A DNA stretch of 49,132 nt from Atractiella rhizophila (taxonomy: Eukaryota). Shown in pieces: positions 23,302-35,857 of this stretch; position 1 is the stretch's first letter, and each line of letters opens with the position of its first letter. Under the pieces are notes generated by a model that saw nothing but the letters and a program-made list of their open reading frames with translations, ran no database searches and was not told the origin of the DNA. The stretch spans positions 62,001 through 111,132 of the forward strand of contig MU271273.1 in the NCBI GenBank assembly GCA_021432655.1, read 5' to 3'. The position numbers were made by a program, and so were the translations under genes.

Positions 23302-26300
23302 TTGACGACCCATTCTCATGGTCACGTGAAGGTAGCTACTCTAGTGAAGAGATTGGATTTGAACACCCTTTTAATCCTTTTACTAAAACCAATTCGCTCC
23401 GTTCCAAGAAGCACATCAACATTATCCAACAAAATCACCACAAGAGAGGAACGATTATACACTCGTTCATGAATTCTGAGGACAGACATGTGGACATCAT
23501 TTTAATACAGGAACCACCTTCCATAATACCTGACAGTGGCAACCTGATTATTTATCCTGGTTATAAATGTGTTGCCTCCAAAAAAGTGAAGACGTCCGAC
23601 TCAAGGTCTGAAGTCTCACAAGCTATTATTCTTATCAATCAATCATCATTTTCGGGGGAATCCTACATTGAACTTCATAGCAGTTTCCCAGATGTAGCAG
23701 CAGTTCTTTTTATGCCCCCAAGTGGGGAACGTTTATTAATAGTCAACGTTTACAACGGAGGAGGAAAGATAGAGGTCATACATGACATTCGTCTCTTATA
23801 GAAGAATCAAAGTTGAGCGGCCTCCTGAGAGAGCAAGACCTAATCTATATTGCTGGGGACTTTAACTTGCACCACATCGAGTGAAACCCACCAGGGTATA
23901 CAAGATCGGGTGGCAATGTGGACATCATGCTCGAAATATTCGAAGAGTTAGGGCTATCCCTAAGGTCACAGGCAGGAATTCCCACTTACATTAGTGCCAT
24001 GGGTCATGAAACCATTATCGATCTCATCTTTATTAACGAAATAGCCAAAGATTTCATTACATACTGTGTCACTGACCAAGGAGGAGACAGTCATAATTCT
24101 GACCACCATAGGCTGCTCACAACCTTGTCCGTCCTCCCACCTGCATTCGATCCGAGCCCCAAGTATAACTACCAAACGGCCGATTGGGAATTGGTAAGGG
24201 AACATCTGCAGGGGACTAACTTACCTACAGACATTATCTGTGGCACAGACCTTATCTCAACACATGAGGAAGTGGACAAGGCAGTCGAACAGCTTACCCA
24301 GGCACTGGTTGATGTCTCAAAGCTGCTGCCCGAACCTCAAAGAATCAACCAGCAAAAAGGTGGTGGTCAGACCAACTAACAGAGAAGAGGAAGAAGGTTA
24401 ACAAGCTCAGGAACCGTTTCCTGAGATTGTGATGGACAGGTAATAGGGAAACCACAGAAGAAGCTCACACAGTGTAGTGCAAGGCTTCTAACCAGTTTTA
24501 CACTGACTTTAAGGCAGCCAAGTCTCAGCACTTCGAGGACTTTCTTGCCGACCTGGACCAACATTCCATATGGACAGCTCACAAATACGGTAAGAGGGAG
24601 GAGTGGTGCCGTGACATCCCCCCTCTTAAGGGGCAAGATGTCCCCGAAGAGAGTCCCGAACGCACTGTGTCCTCCCCAGCCAACAAGGCTTCCCTCTTCC
24701 ACGACACTTTCAATCCAACAGTGCGCCAGTGTGATCTATCCGACATCCCTCTCCTACTACATCCTCCTCCAGCTTCCTCTCCTGCACTTAAGATAGACAA
24801 AATTGCTGAGGCATTAGATAGGATAAAGGCAACCTCCACACCAGGCATGACGGGTATATCAAACAAATTATTGAAGGAGGTAAGGGAGGAGATCTGCAAG
24901 CCCCTCTTCTCTATCTTTGCAGCGTGTTTCGAAATCAGCTATTACCCATCTGCCTGGAAGAGGTTCTCGACGGTCCTCCGAAAGCCAAAACGTCCTGACT
25001 ACTCCCTCCCCTCCGCTTATCGGCCCATTGCTCTGCTTGACTGTGTTGGGAAGGTCTTCGATGGAGTTATCTTAGCCCAACTCACTTTTCACGTAGACAG
25101 CAGTGGTGCTCTCCCTACCCATCATTTTGGCTCAAGACCCTGCCGCTCAACAAACGATGCTCTACTGACAGTCACAGAGTTCATCAGGGATGGTTGGCGT
25201 AAAAGGGAGGTTACAGCATCCGTTTCACTGCATGTCAAAGGGGCTTTTCCGACAGTAATCCATGACCGGCTCATCAGCAACCTGAAGAGGAGAATGTTAC
25301 CACAACAAGAGGTGGATATCATTAACTCCTGGTTGAGAGAGCACCAAACGACCTACAAATTTGACGGATACACGTCAGAATTCTTTGTCCTACTTGTTGG
25401 ACTGGCATAAGGCTCCCCCCTCTCCCCCATTCTTTACCTATTCTACAATGCTGATTTATTGGAAATACAGACGCCGGAAGGGATCTCTCTCAAATGTGGG
25501 TTTGTAGACGACATCCACATGAATGCCCATGCGACTAACCCGGAACAGGCCATTGCTACTCTAGAGGTGATGCTCGAGAAAGTGATGGTCTGGGGCGATA
25601 TTTGAGGAAGCCAAAACGGACTTCGTCCTTTATGGGAAACTGAAGAGGATGAAATCCCGTTTCGGACGCCTCACCATTCGTGTCGGATCTACAATGGTGA
25701 AGCAGTCATCTGAGATGAAGTACCTGGGAATGCTCCTTGACTCCAGGCTAAACTTCATTCTCACTTAAAAATAATTGAGAAGAAAGCAAAATCATCACTC
25801 TCCCTCCTGGCCACTCACTCCAACACAACGAATGGTATCCCCCTACCTCTATTCCGGCGCCTCTATGAGGCTGCAATATGCACGATGACCGACAACAATG
25901 CAATCATATGGAACCGCTTAGGGTTAAAGACAGGAGGAGCAGCATGACTGGAAATCGTCCAATGGTATGCCCAGCGTCTAATGCTGGGAGCATTCCGAAC
26001 CACTCCCCTCTCAGCACCGTCATATGACTCTAATCTTCCTTATCCTGCCTCCCATTTGGACAGGATTGTTGGAAGAGACACTGTCAGACTTCTTTCTCTA
26101 CCCAACTCTAACCTAGCGTGCATCATCACCAGAAAAATCCTCTCCTCTGCTCAGCCTCGTTCTCACTCCTCCTCTATCAACAACGTCTTCAACTCAAATA
26201 AAATCTCATTTCCGGACAACCTCGAAACTATCCCTTCATTCACCACTCACCCCGGGAATGCAACCCCTTTCGACATCCACCTTGAGAAGACCAAAGAAGA

Positions 26301-26510
26301 CGCTCTCACTACATTCAACAAGCTGGAACAAAAAGACGACGAGGTATGGATTTTTACGGACGGCTGACGCACAGAAGACCGAGTTGCCTGCGGCTTGGCA
26401 ATGACGAACCCAGAAGTGAAAGCGGGCTATAGGATAGGTGGTTGTGATGAGAACACAGTTTTTGAGGCAGAGTTGTTGGGGATTGACCGAGGCCTGGCGT
26501 TGACATATTA
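23298..26510 (+). pseudogene. LINE ORF2 5' part: endonuclease, reverse transcriptase, start of RNase H
   Basis: NIIQQN, DIILIQEP, AGDFNLHH, TIIDLIF, SDHH; YRPIALLDCVGKVF, KGAFPTV, GSPLSPILYLFYNADL, GFVDDI, KYLG; VWIFTDG, VFEAELLGI. Many stops and frameshifts. Confidence 0.92.
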
Positions 26511-29500
26511 TGGGGTATGTAGAAATTGAACAAACATTGCTAAAATTTCACATAGATATTGAACAGCGCGTCATTTCTCTTTTATTCTCTCATTAATTAG
26601 CACCGGACCACTTGGTAAACCTCACACAAGGTCTCATCCACGTAAATACAGAGTTTGATAGACAACGCTCTCATACCTGCAATGCTATAGTGTGCCGAAG
26701 CTGGGGTCTTCTTTTTTGACCCTTTTCAACTCTTTTTGGACGCAGCATAGTTGGTGATGATGATGATGATTCTGCACACCTGCCTTTTTCGGCGGAAATT
26801 CTCGTTGCCTCAATCGAATCAAGACAGCTCGGAAAGCACCTATGATGAAGTTTGCATAACATTTAGATTATAAGTAAGTCTGTTGCCATCTATAAAGCTG
26901 ACTGTAGTCCTAACTTGAATGCTGGGGAAAATTAGAGCCTCCATTCGTCATTGCTGATGACGAAAATGCTCCACATTGAAGGTGGTTACCGGGGAGACTG
27001 TTCCAATGATCCTGTGGTAGATTAGGCTGGAGGAACCAAGGTATTGAATCTGGGAAGTTGGAGTATGCAATTGTTGCATGGATTGGACTTGTAAGTGGTG
27101 ACTCTGATCGTGGGTTGGACGCGAGGTCGGGTCGAATGGGCGCTTCAGAGGTATGGGGGATCGTGGGAAGCCGCTGTCAGGTAATTTTCGCTTTTGTTGC
27201 GATTCAGTGGGGTCTGAAGGACCAGGAAGTTGGCCTAGAACCCTAATCAACACTGGATTGGTTTGATTGTCAAATACAACGTACGGTCACCTGCTGCCAA
27301 GCTTGAAGCAGTGGCATATGTGGAATGGGTGAGAGAGCGTAATTGTGGGAGAGATGTTGGAGGTGTTGTTCCATTTGTCTTGCCCCGCTTCTGAATTAGT
27401 TTGTTCTTCTTAGCTTCTTCCCGCTCCTTCTGTTTCCTCTTTCTCTCTTCAGCTCTTTCTTTCTTCTTTGCTTCTTCTTCTGCCTTCTCCGCTGCTCTCT
27501 CAACTGCTTTCATCGCCCTTTCCTGCTTCTTCCTCACATCTTCCGCTGCCTTATCTGCTGCCTCCTTCTCTTGGGCTTCCATTTGCCTGTATGCTTCACT
27601 CCCGCTCAACAGCCGTGCAGTTGTAACTAACTCTGTTTTCTTCCCAGGCTTCCTCTTGGACTCCAATGACATCCGGAGCTGCGCATTCTCCCTCACACCC
27701 ATGTGAACCGACGTCCTCAACACTCCTTCCCGACGACGAGTTTGATGAAGTTCCGAATCTAAGGCAGATAGAGCTTGGAATAGGAGGACAGGGTCACTGT
27801 GACTTGTCAACTGGATCTTCTTCCCATCTGGACCTCGGAAGATCGTAAGTGGTTTCTTTGGATAGAAATCACAAGGCCTGATTGGACTGGTTAAGGAGAT
27901 TGGAATGGTTACATCGGGATTAGTCCGTTGGATGGGAGTACAAGATAAGGAGGGAGCGGACTGTGATTGTGGAGGGTTATCTGGCAGTTGATCAATGTGG
28001 CTACCGGCATTGAAAGCAGATGAAATGGGAGGCAACTGGATTATGGGAAATTTGTGAGCCTCGAGTTCTTGATCTGACTAGGCTTGTGAGGTGTGGAGGT
28101 TGATAAGCTGGAATCCGACATGAATTGTTGATGGTTCTGGGGCAATATCCCTAACCTGGATACCATCTGCTTCGTTATCATCTTGCAGAGAGGGAGAGGT
28201 AGGTGTTTCAGTCGGAGCAGGATCGTCAAAGTTGAGAAGGTCGGAAGGAATGCAGTCTGGAAACTGTGTGCGTGTTGATGAATACTGAGCTGGTGCAAAA
28301 TCAGCTTCTGTGAAGTGATTGCGATCAATTGATACTGCTCCAGAAAGATCATCAACTTGAACACCAGTGGCTCTCCAACTGTTGACCATTGTTGATGGCT
28401 TCAGACCATCTGCATGACACTTCAAATACCTTGAAATGAGGTTTTTCTTTGAAATATCACGTCCTTCTTCGAGCATATCGTCCGTGACCTGGCTCCAGGC
28501 CTTTCCGATTGGTCCAAAAACACCGACGTCCAACGGTTGAAGTTTATGCGTCGTGTGTAGCGGCAGGCAAATGATGTGGACGGTATTGTGAAGATGTTCC
28601 CAAACGTAGCGGATAATGAGTGCCGACGAGTGAGAGCCATGGCCATCGACAATAAGAAGGCAGGGACGTCTTGGATCTGCCCGGCTGTTAACCCATGGTA
28701 CATAGACCAGCGTGAACCACAGATAGCCAAGTACTTCATCCGTCCAACCATTTTCGGAAACAGCCACGCTAAGCAATTTTAATGTCAACAACACTCCACT
28801 AATGGATATAGAGAAAGATGAACAAAATCTCGTCCCTCTGTTGTTCCGTCAACCCTTGGAGCCAGCCTTTCTGATACCGTTTTCCCGAGAAAATAAAGAG
28901 TGGGTTCAGCCATTGCCCACTTGCAGAAACACACTCAATGAGTGTGATCAATTCTAGCTTATCTGACTTCGCACGATAGATAGCCTGTCGCTCCGCAGGT
29001 CCAATTACTCGCCGCACCCCCATCTTGCGGCCTCCTCCTAACTGCAAACCCTTCTCATCCATATTTGTTATATCTTCTGCTAATAAGCCATACTCCTCAA
29101 TCTTTTTTTCTAGCAGATCATAATAAGATTGCACATTCCTCCGATTGAAAGCTTGTGCTCGTTTCGGATCAAGAGGGTTTGCTTTGAAGCTTTTGATCGT
29201 TTTCCCATTCCTCTTCATAAAACGATAGTACCATCCATGTCCCAGCCGTCTTCCAACAATCTTCTTGACCACCAAATATAGGCCTCTTTTACTAAGAGGA
29301 AGTCCAGAATCCCCAACCCATCGAAGCCAGTCAACTAAACCTTCTTCTTCACCTTCAGTTAATAATCTTTGGCTCAAGTGACTCTCAACAGCATTTAATC
29401 CTCCTTGACAGCGGTTCCTGAGAGTAGTATGCTTCATAAACACAAAACCACCCTTTCCATCTGGATAGGAATACCGCTGTGCCACTTGCCGATAGGAAAG

Positions 29501-30134
29501 TGCGCACCCCTTCTTGATCTGCTCTTCTTTTTGACTCTTCCAGTAAATGTCTACTGCCTCCACCAAATCTCTTTCCTTTCTTACCACCCAGTCCTCCTCT
29601 GTTAACTCCTTCTTCGGCGGCATTTGAGGGATGCTGCCGCGTGCTAGAGAGGAAGGAACTGCGTCGAAGTCGCGACTGGGGACAGCACGTTATGAATAAC
29701 AAGTCCAAGTCCGTGTTTCCGGCACCATGTGACCCAAAAGGTCGTGTCAAAGTGCGCAATTTAACTTTATTGCACAGTCTGTTGCGCACCTGTGGAGCTG
29801 AGCATTGGCAACTTTCAACAACTGACCATCTGGCCCCACTTTGACCAATCACTTTCAAACAATGAGAAGTTGCTTCTGAGCCTTCTGTTTTGAATCTGAG
29901 CACAAAAAAGATATGAATTTGCATGTAGATTCTTAGAAATCTGGGGATTCAGGAGCGATGTCATTTTTCACAATATCTCAAAGACCGATTCCACAACCGA
30001 TTAGATATTTTGTGAGAATGTGCGAAGATAGTAGGTGATCCTGAATATACAAAAGCTAAGGAATTGATGTATATTTGAAAAATTTTAATATATGGTGTTC
30101 AATATCTAGGTATGTTCAATATCTCCGTAACCCA
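26511..30134 (-). mobile_element. pogo/Fot1-like (Tc1/mariner superfamily) DNA transposon, 3624 bp
   Basis: Imperfect 22-bp TIRs: TGGGGTATGTAGAAATTGAACA versus reverse complement TGGGTTACGGAGATATTGAACA. TA on both sides (26509-10, 30135-36). The LINE RNase H is split exactly here. Confidence 0.9.
27247..29623 (-). CDS. pogo-like transposase (CENP-B-type HTH + DDE_1), spliced; C-terminal part possibly interrupted
   Basis: RLLTEGEEEGLVDWL, NMDEKG, SENGWTD, LLIVDGHGSH, CLPLHTTHKLQPLDVGVFGP. Probable intron ~28825-28772. A downstream charged coiled-coil ORF at 27247-28035 follows. Confidence 0.85.
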
Positions 30135-30136
30135 TA

Positions 30137-30960
30137 GTAGTGCTCAATAAATCACGAGGAACTAGATCCTTGGTCCGTATTTTCACGGATTCCCAAGCAG
30201 CAGACAAAAACCTGGCAAAAAGCCGAAATGTAAACCTGGGGTCAGCGTTGTCAAGAGCACCCACCATCTAGCCAGCTCCTTCAAACGGCACTTTCCACTT
30301 TCTAATATATCCCTTCATTGGATACCCGGTCATGCGAAGATCAAAGGAAACGAGCTTGCGGACAAGGCCGCCAATGATGCCACAAACATCAAGATAGCCA
30401 CCGGCAGCCACCCACTCCTTAGGAGTCCCTCAGCTTTTCGAGCGACTATAACTACATCTACATTCTACCACTGCAACACCTTCCCCCTATTCACGGGAAA
30501 ACATCACCGTTCACTTGGACGTACTATCTCCTCCGAAGAAACGTTCCAAATGCTCTCCGCCATGCCCAGAGCGTAATCCTCCATCTTCGTTCACCTACGA
30601 TCGCGATACGTATGCAACAACAACTACCTGCGCAAAATTGAAGCTAACGAGGACCCGAACTACGATCACTGCGGGATGAGGGACACTGTCACACACCTAT
30701 TCTTCGAATGCAAACGCCTTGAGACAGAAAGAAAGAAGTTGAGAGTCAGGCTAAGGCGGAAGCACATCCGCTTCAGATCGCTCAGTGACTTACTGAGCAA
30801 CCCGGAAGCGGTAAAAGCAGTGTGGGAGTTCATAAGGAAGAGTGGGAAGTTCAAGATATGGGTCAAAAAGGCGCAAAAGGTACTGGACAGGAGGAAGGCA
30901 GAGAGGAAGGGAAGGGCGAAGGGACGAGAGGAGGATCAACAGGAAGACGGGGAGGATTAA
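30137..30960 (+). pseudogene. LINE ORF2 3' part: rest of RNase H and C-terminal Zn finger
   Basis: RIFTDSQAA, HWIPGHAKIKGNELADKAA, CGMRDTVTHLFFEC. Confidence 0.9.
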
Positions 30961-31238
30961 ATTAATGGCACTAATCTACCATCAATGGAAAGCCCCAACA
31001 ATATAACTCCAGCCATCGGGACTTAGGGTGCACTTTCCTAGCTCATCTTTTCTCTCGTTCTCCACCTTTTCAAGGGGACTTGGGGACTTAATTTCTGTTC
31101 AATATTTTCCGGATACCTACACAAAGATTTCACCTTCCCAGTTCATCGTTTCATGGTCACCTCTTCAGATTTAATATTTTGACCATGTCCCCAAATGTAG
31201 AGCTCCGTTGACTATAGTCTGTATGCTCTGAAATATGA

Positions 31239-33055
31239 TCACAACAAGAACAACAATCTTCCCTGAGACGTGGTACCACCTTCTCCGCTGGCAATATAAT
31301 TGTGCAGCCTCTCCTCTACTTCCCCTCGATATACGGCCGCCATCTTCTCCCGCTTCTCCAACCTCTCTTGCTCCTTCCTATCCCTTTTTGCTTGATGCTC
31401 ATCTTCTGCCCTCACTTCAGCTTCCTCCATCACGTCCAGTTGAGCTGCTTTAATCGCTCCAACATCTTTCTTTACAACCTTCCGGGTCCGGGTCACCTTT
31501 GACTCACTGTACGAGTTCTTCCATCGTTGGATTTCCTTATTCTGTTGTATGACAAGTGTCTAAAGGCATTGATTAGATGCTTGTAGACCCTTGACGATCT
31601 TGAGTGCTCGTCCTTTGGTGGTTTGGAGATCAGCGGTGGAAGGTTGGTTGTTAAGAAGAAGAAGGTCTGCAGTTCATCTTGAGGTATTCGGGGTGAGCTT
31701 ATGGAAGGGATCAGTGAAGGCGGAAGAGAGTGTCATTGAGGGGGATGATCCAGGGTTGGCTGCTTCCTGTGCAAGTCGACAAAGAGGTTCCAGACCATGA
31801 ATCGCTACTGATGTCAACAGGCCAAATTTCGGAGACTTCAAATGCTTTCTTGATCCGATCTGGTGTGTAAGTATTCTCCTAAAATAATATGAAAATCGAT
31901 TCTTCTTTATGTCCCTCCTCTCCCTTAGCTCGTTGTCCAATATCCGAGAACAAGACAGCTGCAGAAAGCTGAAAATCGCAACTTTAGTGGGGAGGTGAGA
32001 TGGCTAGTATGAGGGATGAGGATGAAGGGAAGGATATAATGAGTGAGTACAAATCAGAGGAAGGAGAAGGTGAGGTAAGAGCCATGACCATCCATCAAGA
32101 GAAGCTGCCATTTACCATCGGGGCAGCGGTTCTCCTCCTCAAAGAAGGCTAACCACTCGCGGCCCAGTTTATTGTCGGTCCAACCGCTCTCTGAATTGGC
32201 ATAATGTGCCGTCTTGATTCTTCCCTCCATCCAGCTCTTCATGAAGTTCTTTCCGGTGAAAATAATCATGGGATTAGCTGCTTTACCACTAGTATTGATA
32301 CATTCAATGACTGTCACCCACTCATAATTCCCATCTATAGTATTCTCCCCTTAACCATCAAACAAACAGAAGTGTAAACTCATCCATTACAAATTGAGGA
32401 TTCTTCACTTGATCCTTCCTTCTCATCACCACATACTCCTTCTGAGAGACTGCAAGCATAAACCCCTTCTCATCAACACAATTCACTTGATCAGCATCCA
32501 CAATCCCATATTCTTTGCAAACCTTTCCCAGCTCCTTCCACCACTTCTCTAACTCTTGATAAGAGATGTTGATATGTTCCTTCTCAATCCGTTGGGCTAC
32601 TCGATTGGCGATTCCAGATGGCATTTCATGAACCCCTCTTACCAGCCACAACTGCTGACACCATCCGCTGAATTTTCTGGGTGGGTCTCTATGTAAAGCT
32701 CTTTCGCAAAGTTGATGATGTACTGCTTCGTGACGGGGTAAAAGATCAGTTTGCAGAAGTTGTATATTTCGACAATGGCATCCTCTTGAGCTGGTGTCAG
32801 CTTTTGCCGTGACTGCATGTCTTCATCCTTCGTTCGATGGCCCTGCAGTTGATTCACGAGGCTTTGGGGAGAAACGCTAAATGTTCTCGCTATGGCAGTA
32901 ACATCGATTGGAAACTGCTTTCCCTTGTTCTTGGCCTGTCTCTTGATGTAGGCAGGGGTGTCTTGAATGAGCTGTCGAGCATAGGTTTTGGATTTGTGGA
33001 GAGCTTCAGTCTTCACTTTTCGAGATTTAGAAGGTTGTTGTTTTGGTCTGGTCAT
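31239..33055 (-). pseudogene. Second pogo/Fot1-like transposase relic
   Basis: QKLTPAQEDAIVE (HTH), NCVDEKGFML, VTVIECI, NSESGWTD, LLLMDGHGSY and a charged C-terminal piece. Frameshifted, with the third DDE block missing. Paired TIRs were not found. Confidence 0.85.
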
Positions 33056-33597
33056 AACCTAAGAGCTCGTTTTATGATACTGAGGGGCTCCTGAGGGCTG
33101 AAGGAATGTTGGGTGAGCTATTGTGGTGGAGGACGGAGCAGTGACTCATATGCGTGTGAGCGTGTCACTGTCAGGTGAATCTCACCATTGACCCTCAGGC
33201 CAGGAATGGGGAACCACTACTTTCCGTATTGATTGCTCTCATAATCGTTACCCGATAAGCTGTTCCACTTGACGATAACATCTAAACAATGGAGCTGAAC
33301 ATATGTCGTCACGGTTCCTTATATTTCTCAAATCTATGAATGGTATCACACTTTTCGTAGCAAAAAAAACCAAAGTCGTCACTGTTGTCCCTGTAGGGTC
33401 GTTAGAGAGAATTTATCAGAATATTTACGCTAATGCTAACTAGCTCAACCACGTGTCAATTGACGGCCATCGCGTGAAATCTCAACTCCTCTTTCATTGG
33501 TGCCTGTGCAAGTTCTTAAGTCCGACATAGCCGACCTTGTCTTAATCTTAAGCGTCTGCTTGTCTTGGTCGACTGAATTTAACCTCATCCGGCGAGT

Positions 33598-35857
33598 ATG
33601 CCGACAGAGTCGACTCCTTCTCCTCAAAAACAGAGGCAATCTTCCTTAGCAGTTCCCGAGCAACCCCATTCCACTCCTTTCAACCTGCGCCATTCTGGAT
33701 CTGACGTTCACGCATCTAACATCGAATACCCCGAAGCGTATAGAGCGGCTGAAAGAGAGACAAGAGGGAAATGGGTGTCTGTGAAGGTAGACAAGTTTAT
33801 GGGGATGATTAAAATGAGCAGCCCTGAGGCTGAAGAGGCACTTTCAGGGCTGCTCGAAAGACGCGAGCCCATCATCCTTCCAGCTGCTGAGACCAAGCAG
33901 TACGATGTCATGGTACGTGCTCTTTATCAGTCATGGGGATGGGTTTCATGGGTCGAATAGATAGAATCGATGAGGTGTTACTTGGATAGCGGATGGCACC
34001 AGGTTAATACCTCCGCTCATATCGATACAAACATTCCCGAGATCTTCGGTGCAACTGGGGTAAAACCGGATATCATTCTTTATTCGCCGTCCAGAAAGGT
34101 CGTTGAAGGTCGGATTACGGATATGAAGGAGGCTGATTTGTTTTGGGAGTTTAAAATTGGTGTCCTCCCGTTTCACGACGCTCCCAACGAAAAGGGCAAA
34201 GGCAAGGAGAATCCCGACGAAGTTGAGATCGAAAGCAATACCTTGGAAGCGAGGATCAGGAAGGACGACGACGATGATATCCCAAGCGGCTTTGAGAATC
34301 GAGCCGACAACGCGTTGGAGCTTCGTGGCCAAATAACGCTTTATAACACTGTCGTCCAAATCCTCCAACGCAGGACCCGCGTCTTTTCCATCTATATTTG
34401 TGGAGAAACAGCGCGCCTCGTTTGTCATTCTCGCACCGGCACTGCTGTCACCCTTCCGTTCAATTACAATAAGGAACCCTATCTTCATCAATTTTTGTTC
34501 CAATACACGCGCGCTACCCGAGTTCAACGGGGGGCATGACGACACGTACAAGGAACCGAGCGACCCTGTCGAGGAAGAAAATGCAAGGGACCGCCTTGGC
34601 CTTGGGGCTGACGATCCACTGTACGTCGTCAAGTTCGGTTTGGCGAGCTATTACGTCTCGAAACCTTTCACCGACTTTCACATGTATCCTGTCGGCCGTA
34701 GCACGAAATGTTTCTATGCTTATTGCCCTCGTTTAAAGAAGCTTGTACTTTTGAAGGATATCTGGAGGAAGATGGAGTACGAAAAGGAAGGAGACACGCT
34801 TCGCAAACTTAATGTTGCAAACGTCCCCAACGTTCCCGCCATTCTTGACGACTGCGATATCGAGGGCGACCTTCAGAAGATCGAGGAGCCTTATCGCCAG
34901 GCGATGCAACATTACGCTCAGGTAACTGACAAGATCGGACGCCCTCTTTCTTCCTTCACGTCCAGCTGGGAAATGGTCAACGCGGTTTGTGACGCCATTC
35001 GAGGTATGTTTCTGCCGCGTTTTTACTGTTTGTCTGACCAGAACACAGCTCACGAAGCCGCATGGGAGAGAACGAACATTTTAAACCGCGATATTTCCTC
35101 AGCGCAACATCCTTATTTACGATCCACCATCAACATCTGACCGCGGCTCAGTAGAGTCGCAAGGACTTTTGATTGATTGGGAAATGGCAAAAGTGGAGTC
35201 GTCAGAGTCATTCCCACGGACTACTGAACGTACTGTAAGCCCTCTCACTCAACTGCACGACACAATTCTGAATGGTGAACGATGTAGGGTACCCATCAAT
35301 TCATCGCTCTTGAACTCTTGAGTTCAGGTCGCGCCCAACACGAACCACGACATGACCTAGAATCATTCATCTATGTCTTACTCTGGATCACAATACGACA
35401 CGCCAGGTCCAGGATGGTAGAGGCCGACAGGGACAACTTGCTGGAACATTTCGATCGGAAAAGAACCATAGCGAGAAGTCACGCGGCGAAAAAAGATCTT
35501 CTGAAGTCCCCCTCCCAAGTGTTACATCTCCGATTAGACACGCCGGAGCTGCGCAACACCCTCGAGTCAGTTTGGCGGCCCTTTCAGGCTTATATGGAAG
35601 CCGTCGAACTTGGAATGAACCGTGAAGTTGACAAAATTATCTTGACGCATTCAATTCTGATTGAAAAGCTTGTATCTGCCCTTGGAAACAAGAATTGGAA
35701 ACAGACGAAGGATGCTGCAATCGAGTTTATGGTGAGGAAGCGGAAGAGAAAGGATGAAGATGAAGATGAAGGTGGAGAAAGAGAGGGAAAAGGTCACGGA
35801 GTGGAGGGAGACGAATTGATGCACGAAGTGATGCGAGCGGTGGTGGAAGGAGTGTGA
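33598..35857 (+). pseudogene. Fungal-type protein kinase (FunK1 / Pkinase_fungal), spliced, two apparent +1 frameshifts
   Basis: WEFK, RGQITLY, RTRVFSIYI, GRSTKCF, VLLKDIWR..EKEG, ILNRDIS..NILI, GLLIDWEMA, GTHQFIALELL, HEPRHDLESFIYVLLW. Introns near 33913, 35004 and 35235. Extra base in the G6 run at 34529-34534 and near 35105. Confidence 0.85.

Larger units (their letters stand above)
21843..30960 (+). mobile_element. Tad1-like LINE retrotransposon, degenerate, interrupted by a DNA transposon
   Basis: ORF1 with a Zn knuckle, then ORF2 with APE endonuclease, RT, RNase H and CCHC motifs in canonical order. Exact termini and tail were not identified. Confidence 0.9.

Noticed and set aside
31093..31118. 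TGTTCAATATTTTCCG resembling the pogo TIR
   Set aside because: Short match, wrong orientation to close the second pogo relic, and no TA-flanked partner.
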